Source: a virus
Taxonomy: Duplodnaviria; Caudoviricetes
Length of the DNA: 47,497 bases
IMG/VR virus record: IMGVR_UViG_3300044630_006637
Location: 1 to 47,497 of that record
Strand: one strand, 5' to 3'
Positions 6,923 to 15,580 of this stretch are shown piece after piece. Each line of letters opens with the position of its first letter. Position 1 is the stretch's first letter. Both the position numbers and the translations under genes were made by a program. A model generated the notes under the pieces. It worked only from the letters and a program-made list of their open reading frames with translations, did not search any database and was not told the DNA's origin.

Positions 6923-7222
6923 TCAGCGCTTGAATAGTTTCTTAAGGAAACCTTGCTTTTTCACTTCTGCGGCTCGCTCAGGCATCGGTGTTGGCGTGAG
7001 AGTTTCGACTGTAAGAACAACCTTTTCGTGACCGGGATTTGACGTCGCGGTCTGAGGAGCAACTGCGCCGGTCAGAGCCTGCGGTGCTGCTTTCTTCGCT
7101 GGTGCTTTTTTCTTTGCCGGAGCTTTCTTAGCAGGAGCCTTTTTCTTCGCTGGCGCTTTTTTCGCGGGCGCTGATTTTTTGGCTGGAGCTTTCTTCGCCG
7201 GGGTCTTCTTTTTCTCTGTCAT
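6923..7222 (-). CDS. histone H1-like (PAKK-repeat) basic protein
   Basis: Seven PAKK-type repeats, like the C-terminal tail of mycobacterial HupB. Confidence 0.8.
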   Translation of the reverse strand: MTEKKKTPAKKAPAKKSAPAKKAPAKKKAPAKKAPAKKKAPAKKAAPQALTGAVAPQTATSNPGHEKVVLTVETLTPTPMPERAAEVKKQGFLKKLFKR

Positions 7223-7256
7223 GGAGGTGATTGTCTTTCTTTTGTGTGTGTTTGGG

Positions 7257-7466
7257 TTAGTCTCCCTCGACCACGGAACCCTTACCGAACGACGTATCGT
7301 TTGGGTTCAGGTATCGCATGATGACGGGAAGAGCAGCCGCCCAAAGGGCATTGAGTGTCAACTTAACGTCTTGTGTGGAGACGTAGGTTGCGACGCCTGC
7401 GCCCAAAACGGAGCGGGCATACGATGCAATAAGGGCTTTGTTTTGTGGTGTCAATAGTTTTTCCAT
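7257..7466 (-). CDS. putative holin
   Basis: AAGGAGG RBS before MEKLL; SYARS..AG.ATY...AAALPVIMRYLNPND.SFG with two hydrophobic segments. Confidence 0.65.
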   Translation of the reverse strand: MEKLLTPQNKALIASYARSVLGAGVATYVSTQDVKLTLNALWAAALPVIMRYLNPNDTSFGKGSVVEGD

Positions 7467-7636
7467 GAGGGCCTCCTTAGGTCCAGAGAAACTATATACT
7501 GAGTCATTGGTGAGAGATTTTTTCCGTGAGAAGAGTCTCTTGGATGGTCCACGAGAACTTTCTTTTAGAAACAATGGTTTTGAGAGTCTTCATTATATAG
7601 AAATAAAATGCTTTTGTAGAGGAGCTAATGGGGGTA

Positions 7637-7684
7637 GAACTTCCCGTCGCAGATTCTACGTATGAAAGATGCAACGGGAAGTTC
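7637..7684 (-). terminator. hairpin directly 3' of the tRNA
   Basis: 15-bp inverted repeat GAACTTCCCGTTGCA/TGCGACGGGAAGTTC, with a G-U pair on the minus strand. Confidence 0.6.
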
Positions 7685-7687
7685 CGG

Positions 7688-7759
7688 AGCCGAATCTCGG
7701 GATTGAACCGAGGACCTACGCATTACAAGTGCGTTGCTCTACCACTGAGCTAATTCGGC
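7688..7759 (-). tRNA. tRNA-Thr (anticodon UGU), no encoded CCA
   Basis: GCCGAATTAGCTCAGTGGTAGAGCAACGCACT-TGT-AATGCGTAGGTCCTCGGTTCAATCCCGAGATTCGGCT folds as a cloverleaf. Confidence 0.95.
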
Positions 7760-7769
7760 GAGCGAATAG

Positions 7770-7892
7770 TTACTCGCCAATAAGCGAATTCAATCGCACA
7801 TTTTCTTCGCGAAGCTCTTGAATCTGAATCAACAGATCTTCAATTTCTTCTTGCAAATTTTTAATTTCTTCTTCTGGTGTAATCTCAGGCAT
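7770..7892 (-). CDS. 40-aa coiled-coil peptide
   Basis: MPEITPEEEIKNLQEEIEDLLIQIQELREENVRLNSLIGE; purine-rich leader. Confidence 0.55.
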   Translation of the reverse strand: MPEITPEEEIKNLQEEIEDLLIQIQELREENVRLNSLIGE

Positions 7893-7909
7893 GACGGTTC
7901 TCTTTTCTT

Positions 7910-8578
7910 TTAGACTTCGTAAACGGTTTCTTTGTGGTGCCGAACTTTGACAGTTGGGTCTACATAGATTTTATACCCGGCTTGTTGTGCTTTTCCGCAC
8001 CAAGAGTAATCTTCTCCAACATTCACTCTCATGTCTGAGTCAGGCGACCATTGAACTCTTCCGATGAGGAACCAAGGACGAGGAATGCTTTCAAAAACTC
8101 CAGACTTCATACAGACAAACCCAAAGCCGACACCGCCAACTTCAACGGGGTCTTCGTGAAGCATGAACTCTACTTTGTGCACACTTGTCGGAACTCCATG
8201 ATTGTTTGGGTAGCCGACTGCAACTTTGCCGTAGGGATCTAAAGCGTAAAGCCCAGACACAACATCAAGATCTGAGTTGTAAAGCTTCATAAAGTCTTCA
8301 ACGGTCCACTCGATATCTGAGTCAATCCAGAAAATTTTATTATAAAGAAAGGATCCGCCAGCAATTTTGTTAGAAGAGTAGTCGTGTGTCCAAGTGTCAG
8401 ACGCAGTCAACTCACGAGCGGTTGGTATAAAAGAAGAATACTTGTTTAGATACTTAACTCGAATTCCTTGACGAGCAAGATATGAAATTGTCTCAGTAAG
8501 ACTTTGCACATATTCAGCGTGCATCATTCTTCCGGGTGTTGCAATTACAACTTCGTAGTATTCGTTAGTCACGGCCAC
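7910..8578 (-). CDS. glycosyltransferase, GT-A fold (family 2-like)
   Basis: FWIDSD (DxD), DVVSGLY, GFGFVCMK, GEDYSWC, IYVDPTVKVRH. Confidence 0.85.
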   Translation of the reverse strand: MAVTNEYYEVVIATPGRMMHAEYVQSLTETISYLARQGIRVKYLNKYSSFIPTARELTASDTWTHDYSSNKIAGGSFLYNKIFWIDSDIEWTVEDFMKLYNSDLDVVSGLYALDPYGKVAVGYPNNHGVPTSVHKVEFMLHEDPVEVGGVGFGFVCMKSGVFESIPRPWFLIGRVQWSPDSDMRVNVGEDYSWCGKAQQAGYKIYVDPTVKVRHHKETVYEV

Positions 8579-8652
8579 GACCTCTGTCGCTATTCTTTAA
8601 GAAAACGTAGTACAGCATGATAACTGCAACAAAGAAAACTACAGGATCCACG

Positions 8653-9138
8653 CTAAACTTCTATTCTGCACTCGGGACATAGCAAAGCATCATAACCTGT
8701 AGCATAGGAAGTAGCGTGACCATTTTGCGTAACAGGTACTGGGACGACACGATTGTTTGCAGTCCCACAGCGATCGCAAACGAGATCTACAATCCACGCA
8801 ACTGACTTCCCTTTTTCAGCAGCAGCACGAATTCCACGAGACAGAGCATGAGCTGAACCGGCACCGTCTGTTTTACGGATAAACATTCTGGTATCTTCTG
8901 TCTCAATTACTGGTCGCACATGTTTACACGGGCATTCCATACGCGCTGGTTTACAGAACACAGCGCCATGAACAACAGTGTGTCGAGACATCGCATGACC
9001 ACACGCACAGATCTGACGATCTACTCCATGTTTCTTTTTCTCAAGAAGTTCTGCATCAGCATCATCTACGTCCTCAGTTGTGAGTCCCATCATTGCAAGA
9101 GCGTCTTGCGCAGACACCCATTTCTTTTCTTCACTCAT
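8653..9138 (-). CDS. Cys-rich (multi Zn-finger) hypothetical protein
   Basis: CACGH..H..C..CPC, CDRC and CPEC. Confidence 0.75.
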   Translation of the reverse strand: MSEEKKWVSAQDALAMMGLTTEDVDDADAELLEKKKHGVDRQICACGHAMSRHTVVHGAVFCKPARMECPCKHVRPVIETEDTRMFIRKTDGAGSAHALSRGIRAAAEKGKSVAWIVDLVCDRCGTANNRVVPVPVTQNGHATSYATGYDALLCPECRIEV

Positions 9139-9949
9139 GTCTTTCTCTTCCTCTTAGATTTTTGTACATTGTACACACTTTCATTGTAACATAGATTTGT
9201 CACTTATGAATCATAAAACTACCTAAAACTTTCAGAAACCGAAAACTCAACCTTTCTTTCGTTAGGTACATACGCAGACGTATACACGTATTAGAAATAT
9301 AGTTCTCTTTGCGGTTTTATATTTTATATCTGCAGACATACTAAGCGCTTTTGTCTCTACTCTTTTTCGTTTCTGCTTAGTACTTTTCGACGAAGATTTC
9401 TTCCCCGAAGTTGCTTTGAGCATCGCAAAAGAAAACTCACCTCAACCCATCCTCCTCGAGACCTCACAGAAGTTGTACATTACCCAACCCCAAACACAGC
9501 CTCCCCACACAAAATTTCTCCCTTCGTCCTCCTCTTTTTCGTCTTCGTTCTTACAATACTGACGCCCGGAAAAGTGCCCTCCCGCTCCCGCCCACTCCTT
9601 GCAAGGCTCCCAGAACAGGCCCCCAAGGGTCCTTGCAGGTCAAAATGTCACATTTTTTCTAAACTTTTTTAAGCCCTAAAACAATGGCTCTCGCATCAGT
9701 TGCCCTCTCTTCTCTCTTTTCTTACACGGTTCCCGGTGTAGTACTAAAATACTTGCCCGGTGAAAAAATGACCTCAGTTTTACCCCCTTTCTCCCTCCGC
9801 CTCCGCCTCTTTCAAGGCCCGGTACTTTTGTACCTCGTCGGCGGCAGGGCGGCGGCAGGGCGGCGGCTCGGCCTTTGCGGAGACAGTTTTAAAGAAAAAC
9901 GGGCAAATTGATACCGAATCATCAGAGACAAACAATATAGAATAGACAC
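9139..9949. other. long non-coding region between divergent gene blocks (candidate origin or genome-end region)
   Basis: No credible ORF; AT-rich left part, strongly pyrimidine-rich plus strand, G4 motif at 9577-9593, GGCGGCAGGGC tandem repeat at about 9840-9867. Confidence 0.55.
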
Positions 9950-10198
9950 ATGACGTTCCTTCAGGAGACGGACCAAGAACGGGCGATGCGACGCATTGTT
10001 TCTTGCACGCATACCCTTTACTCCATTGCAGATGAGCTTCTTGACCCAGAAGATATTGACCAACGAGCAGATTTGCTCATTGCAGTAGAAAACCTCATTG
10101 ACATTGCAAATCATGTCACCGAGGCTGTAAGAGAAATAGCGTGGCAGTATTCGCCGGTTCCCGGGTTTAGGGATGACGACGAGGATGATGACTATTAA
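9950..10198 (+). CDS. small acidic hypothetical protein (leaderless)
   Basis: TAGAAT at 9938-9943, 6 nt before the ATG. Confidence 0.7.
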   Translation: MTFLQETDQERAMRRIVSCTHTLYSIADELLDPEDIDQRADLLIAVENLIDIANHVTEAVREIAWQYSPVPGFRDDDEDDDY

Positions 10199-10201
10199 GT
10201 A

Positions 10202-12223
10202 ATGTCACAAAAAGCGACCTGGGGGAGCGGGTGGCGAAAGGGCATACAAAATAAACTTAAAAGACGCGGATCGCTAATTTTAGCTCCAATCTTCGCGTTA
10301 TCTGTTATCTCTACATCTACAGGCTTTTCTTCTGTATCGCAGGCTTCTGTAGAGCCTGGTATTGATGTCACAGTTTACAACAATTTTGGCTATAACGCTT
10401 CTCCGCCACTGCCAGAAGTCTCTGGAAGACAAGTCACTGGCACTACAACGTACGCAAACATTAATCAAAACTTCGACGCAGCTCCTCCATTTAATTTATA
10501 CGAAGACTTTATTGTTAAGTACGAAGGTCACATCACTTCTCCGATAACTGGTGACATTTTGTTTTGGCCATGGGCTGACGACGGCACAATGTTTTACCTT
10601 GACGGCGTTTTAATAGACCCAGGCAACTGGGTAGATAAAGGCGGTAGCGGCAATGAAACAGGGCCTCAATCATTTATTGCCGGAACTTCTAAACCATTTA
10701 CTTATTGGTTCTATGAAAATGGCGGTGGAGCATGGACAACTCTTTATTGGAATCTAGGCAACGGCTGGGAAATAGTTCCTCCGTCTGCTTTTACTAAAAC
10801 AGCAACAGTTGCTCCAACAACTACAACTCTTGCTCCGTACTTTAACCCAGTCACAAATCTGCAAGGCGTTGCAAAGCCAGACGGCAGCGTTGATCTTTCA
10901 TGGGAGCAACCAGCACCAAGTAACTTAGACATATTTGCATACACTGTTTCATTCTTTAAACTCGAGCAAGGCGCTGAGTCTGGCGGCTGGGGAATTTGGA
11001 CAGACAATACTCTTATCAATCTTGGGCCCTGGATGTGGACTGGAACTACAGGCTACGGAGACATTAGATTTAAGATTCGCCCTGGAACCGCCGCATGTTT
11101 TGCACCTTCAAATCTTCAATGCCAGTATGGTCCAGAACAATCAATCGATCTTCTTGTTGAAGATCCGACTCCGCCAACAACGACAACTCTACCACCAATA
11201 ATAATTGAAACAACGACAACAACTATTCCAATAGTAGAGGAGACAATCCCAGCATGGACTACGACTACGACGGTTGCATCGATCCCGACTGTGACTGTGG
11301 AGACGACTGAAGTTGCAACAACCAGCACAACCACAACAACCCAAGCTCCGATACTACAACAAACAGAACAACCGCAAACAACGACGACGACGCTCCCGCC
11401 GCCGATAACAACAACGACAACTCTTCCGCCAGAACAAAAAGCGCCAGTTCCAGAAGCAGCAACAATTGCACTAATTCAAACAGTTGATGAACTTAAAAAA
11501 CTTGTTGAAACTGTCGATCTCGAAACAATAGAGGCAGACCAAGCAGTTGCGCTTGTTACAAACGCTGCATTTATTGAACTACCAAAAGACCAATTGTCAG
11601 AAGTCTTTGAATCATTGCCTATCAGTGATCTTTCTCCAGAGCAAGAAGCAGTGCTTGTTGCAACGCTGTCAGATGCACCAAGCGAAGTAAAAAACACATT
11701 TGAATCAGCAGTCGATGTGTACGGCTCAGGGCTCGATGAATATGTCCCAGAAGGGTCATCAGTTGACGTAGGAACCCGCCGCTCCGTCATTGCCGTTACA
11801 ACCGTTATGGCTACTGTAGCGGCGGCTGGAGCCGCTCCTGGAGCGGGTGGTGGTCAGCCAAGTGGCGGCAATAGCGGCGGATCTGGTGGTTCACCAAGCG
11901 ATGCCAATAAGGCCGCTCGCCGAGAGGAAGAACAAGAAGACGAAGAGGCTGGTGGTCTTGAAGGACCCGAGGATAGAGAAAAGAATCTCAACACTCGAAA
12001 CAGCATTTACACATACAAAGAAAACGGCCAAAAGGAGTTTAGCATCATGGGATTCATTAAAAAGTTCCTCAAAGAAACTGCAGCACTTTCATTTACGCTT
12101 GCCGGTAGCGCAATCATGTTTGTCACCCTTTCAGGTGATACGCGAAGAATCGCAATGATTGCAACAGCAGCAGCGCTGACAGTTCACTATATTTATGTCA
12201 TGCTTGAAAATGACGAAGAATAA
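10202..12223 (+). CDS. secreted/membrane-anchored surface protein: PA14 domain + FN3-like domain + Thr/Pro stalk + C-terminal TM hairpin
   Basis: N-terminal signal-like segment; PA14 motifs (FIVKYEGHI, ADDGTMFYLDG, YENGGGA..L.W); VDLSWEQP FN3-like region; poly-Thr linker; two C-terminal hydrophobic helices. Confidence 0.8.
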   Translation: MSQKATWGSGWRKGIQNKLKRRGSLILAPIFALSVISTSTGFSSVSQASVEPGIDVTVYNNFGYNASPPLPEVSGRQVTGTTTYANINQNFDAAPPFNLYEDFIVKYEGHITSPITGDILFWPWADDGTMFYLDGVLIDPGNWVDKGGSGNETGPQSFIAGTSKPFTYWFYENGGGAWTTLYWNLGNGWEIVPPSAFTKTATVAPTTTTLAPYFNPVTNLQGVAKPDGSVDLSWEQPAPSNLDIFAYTVSFFKLEQGAESGGWGIWTDNTLINLGPWMWTGTTGYGDIRFKIRPGTAACFAPSNLQCQYGPEQSIDLLVEDPTPPTTTTLPPIIIETTTTTIPIVEETIPAWTTTTTVASIPTVTVETTEVATTSTTTTTQAPILQQTEQPQTTTTTLPPPITTTTTLPPEQKAPVPEAATIALIQTVDELKKLVETVDLETIEADQAVALVTNAAFIELPKDQLSEVFESLPISDLSPEQEAVLVATLSDAPSEVKNTFESAVDVYGSGLDEYVPEGSSVDVGTRRSVIAVTTVMATVAAAGAAPGAGGGQPSGGNSGGSGGSPSDANKAARREEEQEDEEAGGLEGPEDREKNLNTRNSIYTYKENGQKEFSIMGFIKKFLKETAALSFTLAGSAIMFVTLSGDTRRIAMIATAAALTVHYIYVMLENDEE

Positions 12224-12243
12224 ATAAAGGTAAAATAGCAATC

Positions 12244-12507
12244 ATGAAAGTTTGGATTGACCAAGATTTGTGTACCGGTGACGGCCTTTGTGCTGAAATT
12301 TGCTCCGATGTATTTGCAATGCACGACGACGGTCTTGCTTATGTTAAAGAAGTAGCATGGCCAAATCTTTTGGGACCTGACGGTTCTGGCCCCGGACCAA
12401 AGTATCAAATGGGAGAAGGTCTTGCTGATGTTCCCGATAATCTTCTTAGTGATGTAATTGACGCCGCTGAAGAATGCCCAGGAGAGTGCATCTTTATAGA
12501 GCCTTAG
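12244..12507 (+). CDS. fdx: single-cluster ferredoxin (CxxDxxC...CP)
   Basis: MKVWIDQDLCTGDGLCAEIC...AAEECPGECI; leaderless TAAAAT 7 nt upstream. Confidence 0.92.
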   Translation: MKVWIDQDLCTGDGLCAEICSDVFAMHDDGLAYVKEVAWPNLLGPDGSGPGPKYQMGEGLADVPDNLLSDVIDAAEECPGECIFIEP

Positions 12508-12523
12508 GGCGTATAATGAATGC

Positions 12524-13192
12524 ATGGTAAAAACACGCGTAATTGTTTTAGCGGCCGGTTCTGGCGAACGCTGGAAAAACTTTCGCGGTACGCCAAAGCA
12601 CCTAACTAAAATAGAGGGCAAAGTGCTGCTAGAGCGAACATGCTCGCAGTTCTTAAAGTACACTGATGATGTGTGCGTAATTGGTCTTGATGAAAGATAC
12701 AAGGTTGAAGGAACAAGCCTTTATGCTATTCAATCGCAAAACACTCATTGGGGAGACACAGCAAAGTTCCTTTCATCAAAGAATCTTTGGCTAAACGACG
12801 GCCGAACTGTTCTTGTCTTTGGCGATGTTTACTTCACTAGTGAAGCCGTCAAAGCAATTATGAAAAACAAAGATCCGTTTAAGTTTTTTCTTCGCACAGG
12901 TCCGTCTGAATTATCAGGTGCGCGATGGAAAGAAATCTTTGGACTATCGTTTGACCAAAACATGGCAAAAACTATTGGTCAAAATCTTCTATATTTAGTA
13001 TCTAGAGGACAAATACAAACACAAGCAGGGTGGGAACTCTATCGCTATATGATTGGCCCAGCTCCTTCAGGCATGTTTGAAAACCCTCATTTTGTAGAGA
13101 TCAATGACTGGACAGAAGACTTTGACTTTCCAGAAGATCTTGAAATCTGGGAAGAACATCGCAAAAAGTCTCGCACTAAAAAATCTTCATAA
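12524..13192 (+). CDS. nucleotidyltransferase (NTP_transferase, LicC/MobA-like)
   Basis: VLAAGSGERW...PKHL, FGDVYF, DFDFPED. Confidence 0.85.
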   Translation: MVKTRVIVLAAGSGERWKNFRGTPKHLTKIEGKVLLERTCSQFLKYTDDVCVIGLDERYKVEGTSLYAIQSQNTHWGDTAKFLSSKNLWLNDGRTVLVFGDVYFTSEAVKAIMKNKDPFKFFLRTGPSELSGARWKEIFGLSFDQNMAKTIGQNLLYLVSRGQIQTQAGWELYRYMIGPAPSGMFENPHFVEINDWTEDFDFPEDLEIWEEHRKKSRTKKSS

Positions 13193-13203
13193 GCTTTCCG
13201 CTT

Positions 13204-13226
13204 TTATACACTCCTGTGTGTATAAT
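13204..13226 (+). promoter_or_regulatory. palindromic operator overlapping a -10 box
   Basis: TTATACAC-N6-GTGTATAA overlaps TATAAT (13221-13226) upstream of the HTH gene. Confidence 0.55.
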
Positions 13227-13264
13227 AAAAAAATCCCCCGATACAAAAAAAACACAGGAGCAAA

Positions 13265-13744
13265 ATGAAGAACGAAGACACTATCAAAGAATACGCAGAA
13301 AAAATGCGACCTTTGATTTCTCTTGCGCAAAAGGCGTATGGCGCAAAGAGCCAAAATACGCCTGCACATCAGGCAAGCCAAGAATACACACGCTTGCTTG
13401 TAGAGTTTTCACGCAAAAAAGGAAGCCTAATCGGTCTTGCACGAGAGCTTGAAGTTTCTTACTCAGGGCTTCGTCGTCGCATCTTTATGTCTGAAGTACC
13501 TTCAGTAAACAATAAAGGCGCGCGAAAAAAGCTAACTCCAGAGGAAGCAGACGCAGCAGTAGAGCGCGTCCGTCAAGCACGTGAACTCGGCACACACAAG
13601 TACCATGAACAACTTGCCGTTGAATACCAGGAAAACGGCGTATCACTTTCTGTAATTGCAAAAGGTCTTGGCATTTCTAACGCTGGACCGCTGTACTACG
13701 GAGTTCAAAGGCACATTCAGCGAGTGTCAGATGTTCAGGCGTAG
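13265..13744 (+). CDS. tandem helix-turn-helix DNA-binding protein
   Basis: SLIGLARELEVSYSGLRRR and SLSVIAKGLGISNAGPLYY. Confidence 0.75.
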   Translation: MKNEDTIKEYAEKMRPLISLAQKAYGAKSQNTPAHQASQEYTRLLVEFSRKKGSLIGLARELEVSYSGLRRRIFMSEVPSVNNKGARKKLTPEEADAAVERVRQARELGTHKYHEQLAVEYQENGVSLSVIAKGLGISNAGPLYYGVQRHIQRVSDVQA

Positions 13745-13985
13745 AACTGAAAAAGACATTGAAGCTCAACTTGTTGAAGCTTGGATTAACAATTTCTTTT
13801 TAAAGAAGCGAAATAGCAACTTAGAAGAAGCTGCTCGTCAAATTATTAAAGCAATAAATGACAAAGGCAGAGTTGAAAAGTACCACGACCATGTCATGCG
13901 CAAGCATCGCGAAGAGTGGCCAGCTCTTTGGAAAGCTATAGACAATTTAGTTCTAATGTATAAAAAAGATGACGAACAAAATTAA
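13731..13985 (+). CDS. hypothetical protein
   Basis: ATG 13731 overlaps the upstream gene end; operon-like packing. Confidence 0.65.
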   Translation: MFRRRTEKDIEAQLVEAWINNFFLKKRNSNLEEAARQIIKAINDKGRVEKYHDHVMRKHREEWPALWKAIDNLVLMYKKDDEQN

Positions 13986-14160
13986 GTGCAAGACATGCAA
14001 CACTACGATTGTTTCGCGTATGAAACATGATTTTGTCACATGCAATTGCCCAGACGGATCGCCTACACGAGTTTCTATTGACGGTGGAGATAGTCACGCT
14101 GTAATAGTTCAAGGCGAATACGCAGTTTGGGAACAACTGGAATCAGACACGGAGGGATAA
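13969..14160 (+). CDS. small Zn-binding phage protein (CxxC...HDFVTCxC...IDGG)
   Basis: Motif common in small phage proteins. Confidence 0.75.
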   Translation: MTNKIKCKTCNTTIVSRMKHDFVTCNCPDGSPTRVSIDGGDSHAVIVQGEYAVWEQLESDTEG

Positions 14161-14162
14161 CA

Positions 14163-14405
14163 ATGCCAGTTATTACATTTATTTTCGGTAGCGCCCTAGG
14201 CGCAGTTGCCGGTTTGCTATTTCATAGATGGTGGATTACACCAGATATTAAAGATATGAAAAAGCACATTAAAAAATTAGAAACAGACGTTCAAGGTCTT
14301 TCTAAACTTGCGCTTAAAGGCTTCAAAGTTAGCCATTACAAAAACGGTATTCGTCAAGAAGACGAAGTAATCGGCCACTACAAAAACAAAACAGAAAACA
14401 ACTAA
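14163..14405 (+). CDS. small membrane-anchored coiled-coil protein
   Basis: GGAGG RBS before MPVITFIFG; single N-terminal TM segment. Confidence 0.65.
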   Translation: MPVITFIFGSALGAVAGLLFHRWWITPDIKDMKKHIKKLETDVQGLSKLALKGFKVSHYKNGIRQEDEVIGHYKNKTENN

Positions 14406-14406
14406 G

Positions 14407-14739
14407 ATGTCTGACGAATATATCTGGCCTCCGCCTCTTAGTGACTATGACAAAACACAAGAAATCATTAAAGAACGAGATGAACTACAAAAACGATTTG
14501 ATCTTGTTGACAAGTTTCTTGCTGAAGCAATGATTAGTCTAAAGGACAAAACAGCTGAAGTCGGCAAATGGCAGCAAACAGCAGAAATGCTATATTTTTC
14601 TTGCAAGCGCGCACGTGAGTCCGGAGAAGTGTCTCCGCTAGAACCAGCAATTAGATTTTACGAAACAGCAAAAGTAGAAGAAGACAATAAAAAACAATCT
14701 CTTCAAAGACCTCGCCCTGGGCTTATTGACCCAAAATGA
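14407..14739 (+). CDS. hypothetical protein
   Basis: 110-aa ORF abutting its neighbours. Confidence 0.7.
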   Translation: MSDEYIWPPPLSDYDKTQEIIKERDELQKRFDLVDKFLAEAMISLKDKTAEVGKWQQTAEMLYFSCKRARESGEVSPLEPAIRFYETAKVEEDNKKQSLQRPRPGLIDPK

Positions 14740-15016
14740 AACTGCTCATCTACATGATTTACGGCGGTCTTGCCGGCTGGTCTATCAAACAAATAGTTCT
14801 CTGGATGCGAGGAATGTAATGGTAGACTTTGATGAAATGAAAAAAGCCATGCATAATGCACTTCACACAGAAGACTACAGCGACTATCGAGCAATTGCTG
14901 ACATAGTATTTGGACTAGGCGCAATCCCTTGCGAGCACTATGCTGAAAGCGGTCTGTATAAAAGCAACTGTAGCTGGTGCAAAGCAGCGCGAATGTACGA
15001 AGCGCTAACTAGTTAG
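14726..15016 (+). CDS. hypothetical protein (C-terminal Cys cluster)
   Basis: ORF in the operon; start uncertain. Confidence 0.55.
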   Translation: MTQNETAHLHDLRRSCRLVYQTNSSLDARNVMVDFDEMKKAMHNALHTEDYSDYRAIADIVFGLGAIPCEHYAESGLYKSNCSWCKAARMYEALTS

Positions 15017-15311
15017 ATAGCCTATTGCGCTCAATTCTGACTCTGCGTGCAAAGTACTTATTTGTAACAGGGTTATCGAGATATCCGCCGAAGTATCTTT
15101 CTTCTTCAGTTTCCCCGCCCCAAATACCAAGTTCATTAGCATCACGAGCGTAAGATTTACACTCGTGCATTACGGGACACTGATTACAAATAACTTTAGC
15201 AGCGGACTCTCGTATTCTTCTTTGCCTTACTGTCTCTTTGTAAGGCATAAAAAACAATGAAGTTTTGCCTTTGCAAATAGCTTCCGACATCCAATCGCAA
15301 TTGAGTGTCAA
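15009..15311 (-). CDS. whiB: WhiB family Fe-S transcriptional regulator
   Basis: W..EAICKG..LFF...AKVICNQCPVMHEC...GIWGGETEEER. Confidence 0.93.
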   Translation of the reverse strand: MTLNCDWMSEAICKGKTSLFFMPYKETVRQRRIRESAAKVICNQCPVMHECKSYARDANELGIWGGETEEERYFGGYLDNPVTNKYFARRVRIERNRLSN

Positions 15312-15323
15312 AATGCCTCCCTG

Positions 15324-15563
15324 TTAGTCTTTCTTTTTGTCAACCTTTCGGAAGACGTCATTGATCTCTTGTGTTGTAAGCTTGCCATCGTCCATGTACG
15401 CGCGTGCAAGACCTTCAATAACAAAAGCGACTCCGCCAATTCCAGCCATCAAGACAGCTTTAATTAGTGGAACATCGACAATTGCGCCAGCCCCCACAAC
15501 ACTAAGACCTGTCGCTGCAAATGTAGCAACAATTCTCCATGTGATTTGTTTTACTTGTTCCAT
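15324..15563 (-). CDS. small two-TM membrane protein (holin-like)
   Basis: Two hydrophobic helices followed by DDGKLT..EIN..F and a basic tail. Confidence 0.7.
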   Translation of the reverse strand: MEQVKQITWRIVATFAATGLSVVGAGAIVDVPLIKAVLMAGIGGVAFVIEGLARAYMDDGKLTTQEINDVFRKVDKKKD

Positions 15564-15580
15564 TTTATACTTCCTTTGCG

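Noticed and set aside
7688-7759. tRNA as a prophage attachment site
   Set aside because: No duplicated tRNA 3' end and no adjacent integrase; phage-like genes lie on both sides.
9684-10114. ORFs 9684-9911 (+) and 9812-10114 (-)
   Set aside because: Low-complexity translations with no RBS; the second is antisense to a better-supported gene.
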